From Camelus dromedarius (lineage: Eukaryota): a stretch of 64,000 nt of DNA. The notes beneath the pieces were generated by a model. It did not search any database and had not been told where the DNA came from. It was given only the letters and a program-made list of their open reading frames with translations. Below, one piece after another: positions 25,880 to 38,739 of the stretch. The DNA lies in the NCBI RefSeq assembly GCF_036321535.1, contig NC_087437.1, positions 6,820,001 to 6,884,000 on the forward strand. Direction: 5' to 3'. Position numbers and translations under genes: made by a program. Within the stretch, counting starts at the first letter, position 1. Every line of letters begins with the position of its first letter.

Positions 25880-26140
25880 TTTTGTTGAACAGACACTACA
25901 TAACACTTACTGTGGCTCAAAACCCATTCTAGCCCTTCGCTTGTTTGCCTTCATTTAATCCTCACAACAATTCCATGAAGTTAGGAGATCATCTCCATTT
26001 GACAAAAAAAAAAAAAAAAAAAAAAAAACCAAAAAACAAAACTGAGGCACAGAGAGGTTCAGTAACTTGCACAAGGTTGAACAGCAGTGGAGTCCAGATT
26101 CAAATGCTCTACTAGCTTTGAAATATGAAGCACTATAACC
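25880..26140 (-). mobile_element. MIR SINE with internal poly-A run (26004-26028)
   Basis: tcatttaatcctcacaacaa...actgaggcacagagaggttcagtaacttgcacaagg. Confidence 0.85.
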
Positions 26141-26944
26141 ACTCCTTGCATCACCAACCCACCTCAGCAAGAAGTCAATTTTTTAGAAACATACTGCTGG
26201 TGTCTCTCCTCTGAGAGAAAGATGGGAGATGCTTCATTTCTTCCTTCAGTGAATCAATAGCAGAAAAAACAAACAAACAAACAAAACCACTGTGGCAGGG
26301 CACTGAATTTCTCAGAAAATCATTGGGTTAGAGAAACAAATGTCTCCAAGGTCCTGAGTCAGGCCGGGGGATCTCCGAGATAACTCTAAATTCCCATGAG
26401 GGTAAGAAGAGCCAGGACTGAGTTGAGTGGTTACAGGAGAATGGTCCTCAAGCCTGTGTCCCCCAGCCACTCCAAGGGCAGGCTTGTACCTGGGAGAAAG
26501 GGGGATGGAATGACTATAAAGAGTACCAGGGGCCTGGCACATGTTGTAAGCTGGGCATTGTCCTCTCTCACATCTTGAAGGAGACAAGGGGGCTCGGGTA
26601 CCAATTTACAGTAGCGGCAGGGACAACAACTGGGGCAGAGGCTGAAGCTCACAGAACCGGGTGACATCGTGGGCTCCAGCACCTGTGGTAGCAGCCACAG
26701 AGAGCCTGTCTATTGGGGCCATCCCAGGTTTTGCTTTGATGCTGGACCACCAGTAGTGAGTGTGACTTAATACAGAGCTACCAGTTTCCCAGAGCAGTGT
26801 GGTCCTCCAGCCTGAGGGGGCGCACCAGAGCAATAGCTCCACTCTTGCTGTGGGGCCATCAGGACTGTTCACTGTCCTGCACTTCTTGGACGTTATCAAC
26901 AATGTAGTGCATTGAGGGGAGACTTTTTATTAGAGCACTTTTTA

Positions 26945-27330
26945 AAAGAGTTGCAAGACTTTGGAATCCAACAGGCTTGGGTTCAAATCTTGAATCTGCT
27001 GTTGCCTCACAACTTGCCTTCGGGGGAAATTGCTCTGCTTCTCTGAGCTTCCATCTGTGCCTTTAACATGGGGATCAGGTGGCCTATCCCTGTGCCTGTG
27101 GCCTGTATTCAGGGAGATAATATTTTCTAATTCACTAATTCAATGTCGGGTGCATTGGTAATTCCTGCCAACAGATGGAAGTATTATGAGTATTATGTCT
27201 TGAGTCTGCCTTACCTTCATTTCCTTATCTGTAAAATGGTGTTGTCCCACAGGGCTGTTGGGAAGAATAATTAAATACCATTAATAATTCAAAGTGCCTT
27301 GGAGCAAGGCGCCAACACTGTATAGATTTC
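26945..27330 (+). mobile_element. Two tandem MIR fragments
   Basis: tttggaatccaacaggcttgggttcaaatc...ctctgagcttccatctg and cttcatttccttatctgtaaaatgg. Confidence 0.65.
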
Positions 27331-28739
27331 TAAAGACAAAACAAACTCATCCTCTGTGCACACCTCTCCTCCTCACACGCTCCATAGATTTTTTTTTCTT
27401 TCCAATGTGGCCATGCTGCAGAATGATTTAATTTTCTTATTTTGGGGAAACTTCTGAAAGGAGACATACAATGAAACCTTGTTATATTGCTTGTCTATTC
27501 CCCAGTTCCACATTTTGCTGCCTATAATGTTCTCAGTTCCTTGAAAAATGAAAACAGCATGGTTTTCTGTGTGTCTTTCAGTCTTCAAAGAGCTCTCCTG
27601 CCTGCCCCTGGCAGTGGAGGCCTCGGACATGTCTCTTTATCCATCGTGCAGGGATGTTTTCTATGATTTCTAACAGTGTCAGCCTCTCTGCCTGCATGGG
27701 TTCTAGCCATCTTGGCAACGGTGGGGATGTTTCTCGTTATTCTTGTTCAAGGCAGACGTTTTGGCTGTTTTCATCACAGCTGGTCAATTCCAGAAAAGAA
27801 AGAACTGTGAGGGTCTGAAATAACCTTAAGCAGACTTCCTTCTTCTTACACTTAGGTTGAATCTTTGAAGATCAACAATTATAATTATATTGTGACTTTA
27901 ATGTGTTTCACCAAGCAGTCATTTGGGTTTTTGCTGCATTTTTTTAAAGCCTTATGTGTCCTGATATAATTGTAATGGTGCTGATCATTTATTTGACTCA
28001 TGCCACTCAAGTCTGACCTCTAGGTACCTGTACCAAAAAAATACTTTAAAGTGAAATTCACAGAAGGACATTTAATTAGTCTTCACTTATAACAATCTGA
28101 TGAGTTGGGTTTGCTTGGAGTTTTGAAACGAAGAGTTGCCAAAGAAGGATGCTAATTTTATACATTACATGTGGAGAAGGTCCAGAAATAAGCTTCTTAC
28201 AACATGCTACTTGGAAGCCAAGAATTTCAAGTCCACTAAATTAGAAGGTATAAGCATCCATGGTCAAATTTAGGAAGCTACCGAAATCTCATGAACCTTT
28301 TTCTGAAAGCCTATTTTGGAGCAATGCTTTCCACTTGGCTTTTGCTTAAGTCCAAATGCATAGGTTAAAAATTGTATTGTATTCGATTTACATCAGCTTA
28401 CTAGAGTTGCTCTGTCCTTCTTGGCTATAGATGGTGATAATTCTTTCCTTAGGGTTACCATTTATTGCTGCTCATTCATTTCATGGCATGTTATGTTCAA
28501 TAGTATTATGATAACATACAGAAGGGTGGTCCCTAGGGAACACTCTCCATTTGCCAGGGATAACCTTCACACTCTACATCCTATACATAAAGGCCCTTAA
28601 TAGATTGTCTAATTGGGTGATATAATTTAGTGAGACAAAGTGGAATATGATATAAACACAGACACACATAAACATAACATACTTTTAAGAGGAGAGAAGT
28701 TATACAAGCAAAAGAACTTATCATGCAAAAAACAGTCAA

Positions 28740-28925
28740 TACTGAATAAAAATAATGATTTTACTGAATGCTAGGCATTTATCGAAACACCATACATATA
28801 TTATCTTACTTTTCACAAAACCTCCAGTAAATTAGTTTTTACTATACCCTGTTTTGTAGCTGAGCAAAGGAACTTGCTCAGTGGTACACAGCAAGCAAGA
28901 ATTTTGGAATCTGAGCCCTGTTGCA
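28740..28925 (-). mobile_element. MIR fragment
   Basis: atttactgaatgctaggca...ccctgttttgtagctgag...gtacacagcaagcaag. Confidence 0.55.
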
Positions 28926-28939
28926 TAAGATGACATTAG

Positions 28940-31490
28940 CATGGACAGAGCAAAGGAGGAAGAATAGGAAGACATCCCCCACCCCATTTTCAAAGAAAGT
29001 GAAGTAAGTAGGCAAAGAACACCAGGAAACTTCTTACTTTAGTTCCATGTTGACTAAATTTAAACAATATAGGAAAAAAATCATGGTTTCATGTATAAGA
29101 ATGGCATGCAAATTCATGACAATTCCCATATTTTTATTAAATATGCAGAGTAAAACTTCAAGAGTAACCACTGCAAGAATAGAATAAGAGTGTTTAACTT
29201 CCAAACCAATAAAGAGGAAATATTCAATAGGAAAAAGATAAAACAAAAAGCAAATGCTAACTCTGTTTTTTTAAAAACAATAAAGGACAAAAAAAATTTT
29301 AAAGAATCATAGAAAAGAACACAGTAGATCCAAATTCAAAGACATTAGTAATTACAATAAATGTATTTGGACAAAATTCTTAAGTTAAAAGACAAAGATT
29401 TTCAGATTGAATTTTTAAAATTCAGTGTATGCTGCTTACAAAATAATACCCCAAATATAAGAAAATGGAAAGGCTGAAAATAATGAGATGGAAAACATAC
29501 ACCCAGAATACTAACAAAAGGAAACTGGTATAACTATAATAGTAACAAACAAAACTGATGTAAAGATTAAAAAGACATTCTTAAGGATAGAGAGAGTATA
29601 TTAGTTTTCTATTGCTGCATAACAAAGGGTTGCAGACTGGATCTTAAAAAGACATCAGTTTATCCTCTCCATGGCCAGAAGTCTGGCACATCGTGGCTAG
29701 GATCTGTGTTTCGGGTCTCATAAAGTGGATATCAAGGTATTGTCTGGTTGTGGCATCCCCATTCCAAGGCTTGATCGGGGGGCAGCACCTTCTGCTTGTT
29801 GGCAGAATTTATTTCCTTGTTGCTGTAGGACTGAGGTCACTGGTGTCTTGCTAGCTGTTAACCAGGGATCATTTTCATCTTTTCAAGGCCACTCTCAGAT
29901 CCTTGCCCTGTGGTTCCCCTGATCTCAGCAACAAAGAACTTCCCTTGTATCGAATCTATCTCATACTTCAAATCCCTCTGACTTCTGCTTCTGTTTCCAG
30001 CCAGAGAAACCTCTCTGCAGTTAAAAGGCTTGTGTGATTAGGTTAGGTTCACCCAAATCATCTCCCTTTCTGATGGTCAGCTGTGTCATAACATAATCAC
30101 GGGATAAAAGCCATCAAAGTCACAGCCCCAGGACCATGCAGGGTGTGTACAGCAAGGGGCAGGAGGCCTTCAGGGACATTTTAGATTTCTGCCTACCACA
30201 ACAGGCACTGTAATAGTTAAATATGCCAAGAAGAAGGCCTAGTCAAACTATAAAGTTCAATTTTTCCAGGAAGATATAAAAATTAAAATGTTTACAAATC
30301 TCTAAAATATCTCTAAATAAATAAATCAATGGATAGAAGAAATCAGGGAGAAAATTACGTATCCATGATTATAATGGGATATTTCAAAATACCTCTTCTA
30401 ACAGCCAAAAACTTAGTAAAGTTAGACTATTTGAAAAGCACAGCTAATAAATTTGTGATTTAGGACATTTATGAAACATTTAAATCATAGAAAACACAGT
30501 CTTTAAAAAAAAAAAAGGAACCACTATATACTCACAATAGATTTAAACCTTTTTCAAGAATTAGACCCAGAAGAGAAATTAATCAATAGTTTAAAATATT
30601 TCTACAAAGTAAACACCAATCCCAAATGGTTTTTAAAGTGAGTCTACAAAAATTTTTTTTAAAAAATCATTCCAAACTTACCCCCAAACTTTCCAGAATA
30701 TAGGACAAAGAACAAATATTTCCTGATTCAATTTATGAGTCTCATAAAACTTTACTATCAAACTTTCAAATATGTTTAAATCCATGAGTTCATGCTGCTA
30801 CTTAAGAAAAGCAAATAGATAACTACTGGACCATATTAGAAAAGCAGTGTGCTATTTTGAAAATTGTTGGATAAAGGGGAAAAATCAAGTGTTCATCCTG
30901 CCTTTCTGTGTCACTGAGAAACCATCAGCAGATCGGGGCAAATTTTCTCTAAAGAGATTTTTCAAAGCTAATACATGAGGAAGGTGTGAAAGGATTAGAA
31001 TAGCAAGACTTTTCAAGGAATGACTAATGAATCTTAATATCGACCATTAACGATCATTGACATTGTATGAATAGAAGCAACCAGGTCATTCATGCCTCCT
31101 GACAGAAGGAAAAACACCACCAGTGAAGCTGACTCACCAAAGAAGTCAAACCTGAATAGCATTCAGCCTCTAATATACAGAATATACCGCATATGCTATA
31201 AACCAGTACGCAAAAAATACAGAGGACGTGAGAACATGTTAAAAGACACCACAGAGATGCGATCGGCAAAATCCAGACTGTGGGAACCTCTGTATAACAA
31301 ATAGTCCTGCTATTTGAAAGGAAAGAGCAATGGCTAAACCATCTTTTATTCTGATTCAAACACATCAACTTCAATAGATCATGAGTCAATTGGAAACATT
31401 AACACTGACTGGACATTTGAAAGTATTAAGGAATCATTGCACTATTTTTAAGAGAGACAATGGTATGGTGATTATGTTTTTTAAAAAATG
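28940..31490 (+). mobile_element. Fragmented old L1 (L1MC4/5-type) spanning inter-ORF, ORF2 and 3'UTR pieces, interrupted by MLT1E
   Basis: tagtaattacaataaatgta...agttaaaagacaaagattttcagattg; 3'UTR catgcctcctgacagaag...gcaaaatccagactgtgggaa...aacactgactggacatttga. Confidence 0.75.
29597..30200 (-). mobile_element. MLT1E-type MaLR solo LTR
   Basis: tattagttttctattgctgcataacaaa...ttttagatttctgcctaccaca (reverse of tgtggtaggcagaa). Confidence 0.88.
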
Positions 31491-34400
31491 CAACCTAATT
31501 CCCTATCAGTGCAGTTGGATTTGATCTGAACAACAAAAGGACTTATGGAACACGGCAAGGAAATTTACACAAAAGAACCTTTTTTTTTTTTTTAATTTTA
31601 TAGAAGAAGCTCTATAGACTAGCAGCAGATGTCCTAGGAAAAAATGCAAAGCCTCATTCTCTCTCCAGATTCTAGGGCTATTCCTAAACTGCTCCACTAT
31701 TTTATGTCATCAGCCGAGTTCCTCTGGTGAATTACAGCCTTCTACCCACTTTGGGACCATCCATTACAAGACGCAACTAGCAGCCAAGATGCAGTTGGCT
31801 CATTTCACTAAGTGTTTTCATAAACAGATTTATAACGAGAGGGAAATGTGTTTCCATCAAAACTAAGCAGGGCTTCCGAGAACTCCCCCAAATTATTAGG
31901 GAGCTGCTACTAATACAGGAGCAATTTGCAGAGCCTTCTCCCGACCAGATAATGAAACAGCCCACAACCCTGCTAGCTTTTTAAAATCTACTAAACAATG
32001 TGAAGCCACGGTTTCATTTTTTTCTTTCTGGCTGGAGATGGTGGAAATGTTCATCACCCAGTGTGAAGTAATATGTGAAACAGGTGTTTTATTCCCTAGC
32101 AGGTAAAATGGGTTTGATTCCTGTGAGATGTAGACATTTCAAGGCTACCAGCAAGAGGTCCAGATGGTGTGTATTTTCATATCTAATATTATATAAAAGA
32201 TTTCAAATGTATCCTGACTCTTAACAAAACCATAAATTTACAGTTTATTGCCGTGCTGAACAGCTCGGTAGCTCCTAATTGGTATCACTGTTTTTGCTTT
32301 GCTCTTCCAGGGATCACTAGACTGACTGAGCCTTTCATTTTTAGCTTCCAGTAAAAAATAAAATAAAATAAAATAAACACAAAACCAAAGAATTCCAGGG
32401 TAGGAGCCCTCCTGACTTCAGGGCCAGCTGCATGGAGAACATTAGAACCTTGGGGGATGCCCAAGGGGGAGCCCCAGGGGAAATGTTGGGTCGACCTTTT
32501 ACTGAAAAGCACTTTCAAGGTTGAGGGCAGAGACCTTTGCCTAGTTGTTCCTTACTTGGTCACGGAACTATTCCAGAAATAGTATTGAACATACTTTAAG
32601 AATAATGGCTCCCAAAGCAAGCATTATTGTAAGTTTGTTATGAGCCAGGCATTTGGGTGATTACGCTATTGCCTTCTGTCATTCAGTGTTCCTAAGTGCC
32701 CTTGGAGATAGCGGCACTAGTTCAGTTACACAGGATGGGGTGAGCCTTAGAGAACTTTGGCAACTTACTCAAGAGCTAAGTCAGGTCCAGCCAGTAGCAA
32801 AGGAGCCCCTTGGTAAGAGTTCTGCGGGGTTTGCAGAGAACACCACCAGGAAGAAGGGAAGTCAAGTCCTCAAAATAGTGAGTCAGGGTTGTTTCCATCC
32901 TAGAAAGCAGCAATATGGGTCTTTATGAAGGGCAGTGAGCCGGCCTGTGGTTCCCAAGGGCCACGGGCAGAGTGTAGCCCCCTTACCCAGTCCTCCCACT
33001 TACCAATCTGATGGGCCCATCCATCCATCAGTCACAACTCTGTGAAAGGAACACTTCTCCTCTTCTTGAGAATATTTCAGACATTGCACAGGGTGGGGGC
33101 AAATCAAGATAGAGGTGCTAATACTTTAGGGGGAAAAGCCGTGATCTCATATTGTTCATTTGCTGAACAAGCTCTTGTGTTCTGTTGACAAAAGTCAACA
33201 GGATGAGTTTCTTCCATCCGGATACCGCAGTGTTGAAGCTTCATTGACACCAGTCTAGGCAAGCATCCCAATCCTGTTTCAAATGTAGAAAGAATCCAGG
33301 CTGCTATTTCTGCCCTCAGCTTGGCCGTAAAATTGCTTTTGTGATTTTTATGTAGTGCCTTCTCCTCTGTGGGGATCAGCGTTCTCTCCTCCAGAAGTCT
33401 TTGCGTGAAATATGTCTAAGGTTTCCCGTAACTTCAGAAGTCAGTAACTTAATGCACGTGCCCGTAGCTTAGACGAATGGGTTCATCAGAATAATAGCAA
33501 AATGATCATTTGCAGGACGGGGAGCATGATTGATTGGATAGAAGAAACACTTTAAAGCAGATATTTTTGAAATCCTTCTTGAAAAAAAGAAAACCAGGGA
33601 TGAAATTCACCATAATCTTACCTGCAAGGCAGACTCTGAAATGAAAAGTTAACAGAGGAGAACCCGAAAGAAATCTGACCACATTTCTAGGTGAGTATTG
33701 TGGAGTGAAGTTCATTGTTTGATCTTCATGCTACTTAAACCTTCCAGATAATAGAGGCAGTGGCATCTTGCATTTAGGGGAGCCAAGGAGCTATGGCATA
33801 AAAAAAATAAAGCCCTTCATTTCTAACCTTTACAGCGACTCTTGCATACAAATATAGCCTGGCTTTCTCTTATCTTTCACTCTGGTAATTTTTTTTCACT
33901 AGTGGGAAAGATCTTGAGCGACAGGGATCTAAATAGATTTTCCGCTTCCATGCTCCACCGAATTCTGGAGGAATCTCCACCTTCCCTTTCGGTTCAGATG
34001 TGCAGATGTGAGCTGTGAAAGTGAGTTTCAACAGGAGGAACAAGCCATCTTCCGACATCCAATCCCAGCGCAGGGCTCCAGGTTCTCAGCGATTTTCTCC
34101 ACAGTTACGCGTTTTGCGCCATATCTGCTCCCCCTTTATTCCTGCAATATTTGCATCTCATGTTCCTATTCTCTTAATGCCTGAGCAATTTGAAACTCTC
34201 ATCTACAGGCAATTCCCAGGTCTCTCTCCTAAAGCATGTGACTCCTTCTCAGCTTTTTGGAGGCACGGGTACTGGGGCAGGAACCGAGCCCTCCCTGTCA
34301 ATCCAGTTTGTGATAAGGATTTCCCCAGGTGCACCCAGTCCCCGGTCCCCATGTGGGCTCTGCGCCTGCCTGGCATCCTTTTGGGGAGCATTTGTATTGC

Positions 34401-34743
34401 TTTTTCATCTCAGAAAAGATACTCTAGTCACAAACCAGTCATCTGCCTGTTAAGCTGTATTTAGCGCAAATCACTCTGAAGCAAAACAATGAGGACCGCA
34501 ACAAAAGAGCTACACTTATTTTTTTCTAGACTTTTAACAAAATGTTTGATGTTGTGGAGATTGCGGAACAATTCATGTGAAATTGGGGACTGTTGTTCCC
34601 GTGATTTATTTACCGTATATAGACAACTCAGCTGGAGTGCTGCCTGTCTCTGCCGCTCCCAGGAAATTTGTGCAGAAAGTTGGAAAAAAATCTGTGAACT
34701 CTCTGAAGAAGCTGCACATTTTCAAAGGATAAAAGTTAACAGG

Positions 34744-34876
34744 CGAAAAGGGGGAGGGTGTAGCTCAGTGGTAGAGCATGTGCTTAGCATGCACAAGGTT
34801 CTGGGTTCCAGCCCCAGGACTTCTATTAAAATAAATAAACAAGTAAATAAACCTAATTACCTCCCCCTACCTCAAA
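34744..34876 (+). mobile_element. Camelid tRNA-Ala-derived SINE
   Basis: gggtgtagctcagtggtagagcatgtgcttagcatgcac...; perfect TSD aaaagttaacagg at 34731-34743 and 34877-34889. Confidence 0.95.
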
Positions 34877-36143
34877 AAAAGTTAACAGGAATCCCAGTGC
34901 TTCCTGGATTAACTAACAGGAAGGTCCACCCCACCCCACTAAAGAGAACAAATTGCTCTGAACACTTGATTTCAGAGTCACAACTGGTTGGTTGTTTAAA
35001 CTGACTAGGGAGATCAAACAATGAACTTCACTTCACAAACCACTCTTGCAGGGGGAGAAACATCCCAGTGTTTTTCATAGCCTTCCAAGTCCTGAAACAG
35101 GGGCGTATACTGTGCGTACGTGCCCATACACAGAACAGGGGACAGAGAAAACATTTAGCTGCAAGCATATTTTATGAAAGTAAGCCCCCAGATCTTGAAA
35201 ATCCCAAACTTCTCGTAAATTTGACAAATCCAGAAAGGAAAACTTGGGAAGGACCCAACGCACTTTCTTCGAGCAGTTTTTCAGATTTTCAGCACAGGCT
35301 ACAGCAGGTCAGCCGGGTTTCTGTTCCACGGGCCAGCAGAAGGAGACGAGAAATAAAAAAGAGCGACGGTACCCCCACGAAATAGTAAAAATGAAATAGA
35401 GAAGGTGTGAAGTAAGATGCTTGATTTACGTGGGGAAAACTAGAGCCAAGAATATTGTTATGGGCCCGGCTCCTAGAGGCAAGATTTGTTAGCAAAAACT
35501 GTCTCTAAATATTTATGCTCAGCTAAATAATTGCTAAATAATTCCAGTTCTCAGCTGGAAATCGAGGATCAGGACTTCGCCTAAATTAGTAGATCTGTGA
35601 GATGGTATATTGGCATTTCATCCAGCAGTACTCTGACTCAATGACACTTTTAACTTTCAGCATATAGTGAGGATCCTTTTATAAAAGGCTTTTCATAGCC
35701 CCACAAAGGAAGGCTTCCATTGGAAATATTTCCCGGAAATAAACAGAGCACTTAAAGCAGTCCCTTCAATAACGTTTTCTCAGGATTGTTGAAGACACAC
35801 AGAGATGTGACTCTCATGCTGCGTGTGAACGTGGGCCCTTCCGTTTGCTGCTTCCTGCCTGTGAAGCAGTGCATTGAACGGGGGCTGGGGGTGCCTTACT
35901 GCTTCCCCATCATGGACATTACCTTCCCAAGAACCAGCATTGGTTTCTAACGTTCTTTTTATGGCCCTGACTGATGCTCAGTGAAGCCAAGATTAAAAGC
36001 AGAACTCCAAGCTGCAGGAACTCAGGAAGAAAATATTGTGTGCGAACCAAGAGACAAAGAGGAAGCTTCGTTACATAATTCAACAGCCAGAGAAACACCC
36101 CCAAATGCCTCCATTCTTCTCATATCAGAATAGGAGATTGTCA

Positions 36144-36292
36144 GGATGAGGGTGGAGCTCAGTGGTAGAGCACATGCTTAGCATGCATGAGGTCCTGGGT
36201 TCAATCCTCAGTACCTCCATTAAAATAGATCAGTAAGTATTTTTTTAAAAGACCTAATTACCTCCTCCCCCCATCAAAGGAAAAAAAAAAAA
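36144..36292 (+). mobile_element. Camelid tRNA-Ala-derived SINE
   Basis: gctcagtggtagagcacatgcttagcatgcatgaggtcctgggttcaatc...cctaattacctcc plus A-tail; TSD core gagattgt. Confidence 0.92.
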
Positions 36293-36789
36293 CCATGAGA
36301 TTGTGACAGGTTTTTGATCCAAAACTGAAATACTCTACATTTAAAAGGAATTAGTTGAAATGGAAGCACATTTTCACACTTCTCTTTCTTTTCTCTCTTG
36401 GACACCAGAAACTTGTATAAAAAAATCACATGAAGGCGATCGGAGGTGGACTGTGCCATAAGCAAGTTCTGTGATAAGTTACGCCTCTTCCTCCGTTTAG
36501 CATCCTCATCTTGAATGGGCCATGTGATGTGGTTTTTGTCTGGTGAGCCTTTCCAGTTAGTTCTGTCCTTCGATGATTCATCTCTGCCTTAAAAAATCAT
36601 TCTGTAACAAAGAGAATAACAAACAAACAATGAGAATAACAGAGAGGAAGAAACTGATGAAAGAAACCACTTCAGCTGGAGATCGGTGTACACATTTCGT
36701 GTTTATGGTGCATGGAAGAAGCTTTGACCTTGGCTTTGGCTTTAACTACCTCCTCTTCCGCCCCCCAAGAGGTCACATCTTGAAATTGT

Positions 36790-37015
36790 GGTACAGAGCC
36801 TGGGTCCCAGAATCCCCTGGGACTTCATAACCCATCTCACCAGCCTGCTGTCTGGGCAAGTTGCCCAACCTCTTGGGGCCTCAGTTTCCTCATCCGTATA
36901 AATGGAGATAAAAAAATGAGAGATCTACCTCACTTGAGGATTAAACAAAGTAACATAATGCAGCACAGTGCTTGGGACAGAGTAAAAACTCAATTAGTCT
37001 TATCTGTTGTTATTG
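36790..37015 (+). mobile_element. MIR SINE
   Basis: ctgggcaagttgcccaacctcttggggcctcagtttcctcatccgtataaatggagata...cagcacagtgcttgggacagagtaa. Confidence 0.85.
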
Positions 37016-38739
37016 TTCTGTGACCACAGCATTCTGAGCTCTGGGATAACAATGTATTCATGTTACAAAAAGAAGTCTTTGAGGAAAGGATGCAGAAAGA
37101 AATTAAGATGGAGCAAAATATATATGTATATGTATATGGTTTCCTGTGTTGTTTTGTTAAAAAAAAAAAAAAAAAAGACTAAGAAATGGAGAGGTTTTTC
37201 TCTCCTTACCAGACACGAGAGCGAGACAGAGCTTTGCAATCTAAAACAGATCTATTTTGTCCACTAATGCAGAAATAACATCATCTGCATTTCGAAAGCT
37301 CTGGATCTGTTTAAATCAATTAAGTAAAGTTAATGTATTTTAATATCTGAGCCCTTTCCATATCATGATAGCCCGGCGATGTTTGCTTCCCAGAGCCCAA
37401 GGTGATGAAAAATAGACTCATTTACTCTGTTCCTTCTTAGAACTGTGGCTTCAAGAGTTTTTCTTGTTTTGTTTTCTTGTACTTGTGAAGCCACAGGACG
37501 ACTTTATGGGGCCCTCAAGTTGCTGTTGTTTTTTGCAACACTCAAAGGCATTTGTCTTCTTTTGGGCTGTTGTTTTGTTTCCAAGGTGGAGACAAATGTG
37601 CACTGGATAAAACTCTTTTTCTTGTTGTTTTTTTTTTTTTATTTTTTTTTTAGTGGAGGTGCATGGATAAAACTCTTTTAATGATGCTAATATTAATACT
37701 TTGGGAGAATATACTCTTATCCGCTGGTAATAGCTTTAAAGAGTTTGTGGAGAGTTTGTCATCTCATAAATTTTAATAGAATATTAAGTTTGTAATTAGC
37801 CAGAAAAATACAGTAGATCTACCCCTCACTTCTGTCACATTCACAAAATGATTACCAGTGGAATATTTGCTGTTTTGAACCCTTTGTAGGGCAATCAATA
37901 TTTTGGTGAATGGAGAAATCTGAAGCACAGAATTGTAGTGTAAACAAACGAGACACATTAAAAGTATGCTAAATACTATAGCCAGTTGATTATGTAAATT
38001 TAAACAGTGTAGGGGAAAGGAATCGCTTATTAAATTCGCCTGTTTTTAGTTCACTCTGGCATTGTTTATTATACGCCATAGCCGGATAGTTTATAAATAG
38101 ACTCCTTTGACAACGTGGAAGTTTGAGGAATGCCAGCTAATGAATGACATGGTGTTCGGGTGTGGAGGCTGCGATGGAGAAAATTTATGACCGTTTCCAC
38201 TGTACAGCTCAGGTCCTCTGTTGGTTGTAGACAATGGAGAGAGGGAGAGATTGAGAGAGACAGAGAGAAAAAGAGGCTGAAAAGAGGCTCTGATGGACAG
38301 TTCATTCCAATATGAGCACCTGTTAACATCAATCTGGCAATTGTTTGACTTTTAGCTACATCCTGTTTGTGGTCTTCATAGAAGCCGCACCCCAGGGTTT
38401 TCTACTAAGGATTAAATGAATACCTTCCACTCACAGTAGATTTGATCAGCCAACTGGAGTGACATCTGCAAGCTGGTGACTCAAGCATTTGGGAGTACCT
38501 AAAAGAAATCTCAATCAGAGTGACAGTGACCTAGGAGACATCTCAGAAAAATGGATCAGAAATTCAGTTGCAGTCCAGGAAAGAGACCTGATCTGATGTA
38601 CTGTATCCTGTTTGAGAACAGATCACAGAAAAAGAATAACCAAAGAACCACAGGTTGGCATTTCTGGTTCTCAGAAGTCAAGAAGGCTGATGTTCCTCAG
38701 GCCATTGGGAAAATCCATCTTCCAGACAGGTATATCCTG

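Noticed and set aside
27582..27818. Open frame after an acceptor-like tgtgtctttcag as a coding exon
   Set aside because: The translation (SSKSSPACPWQWRPRTCLF...) is not recognisable, and there are no partner exons.
34749..34825. tRNA-Ala(AGC) genes (also near 22645, 36148, 39969, 43170 and 44490)
   Set aside because: The tRNA-like heads carry stem-breaking substitutions, a shared SINE tail, A-tails and (in most copies) TSDs, so these are SINE copies rather than tRNA genes.
34489..35004. Longest ORF (171 aa)
   Set aside because: It reads through a SINE (GGCSSVVEHVLSMHKVLGS is translated SINE) and has no protein-like homology.
37402..37570. Firm call of a box C/D snoRNA, SECIS or pre-miRNA for the duplicated element
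   Set aside because: A box C match is present, but there is no terminal box D in either copy and no guide complementarity that I can identify. The stem is too short for a canonical pre-miRNA. Kept only as an open finding.
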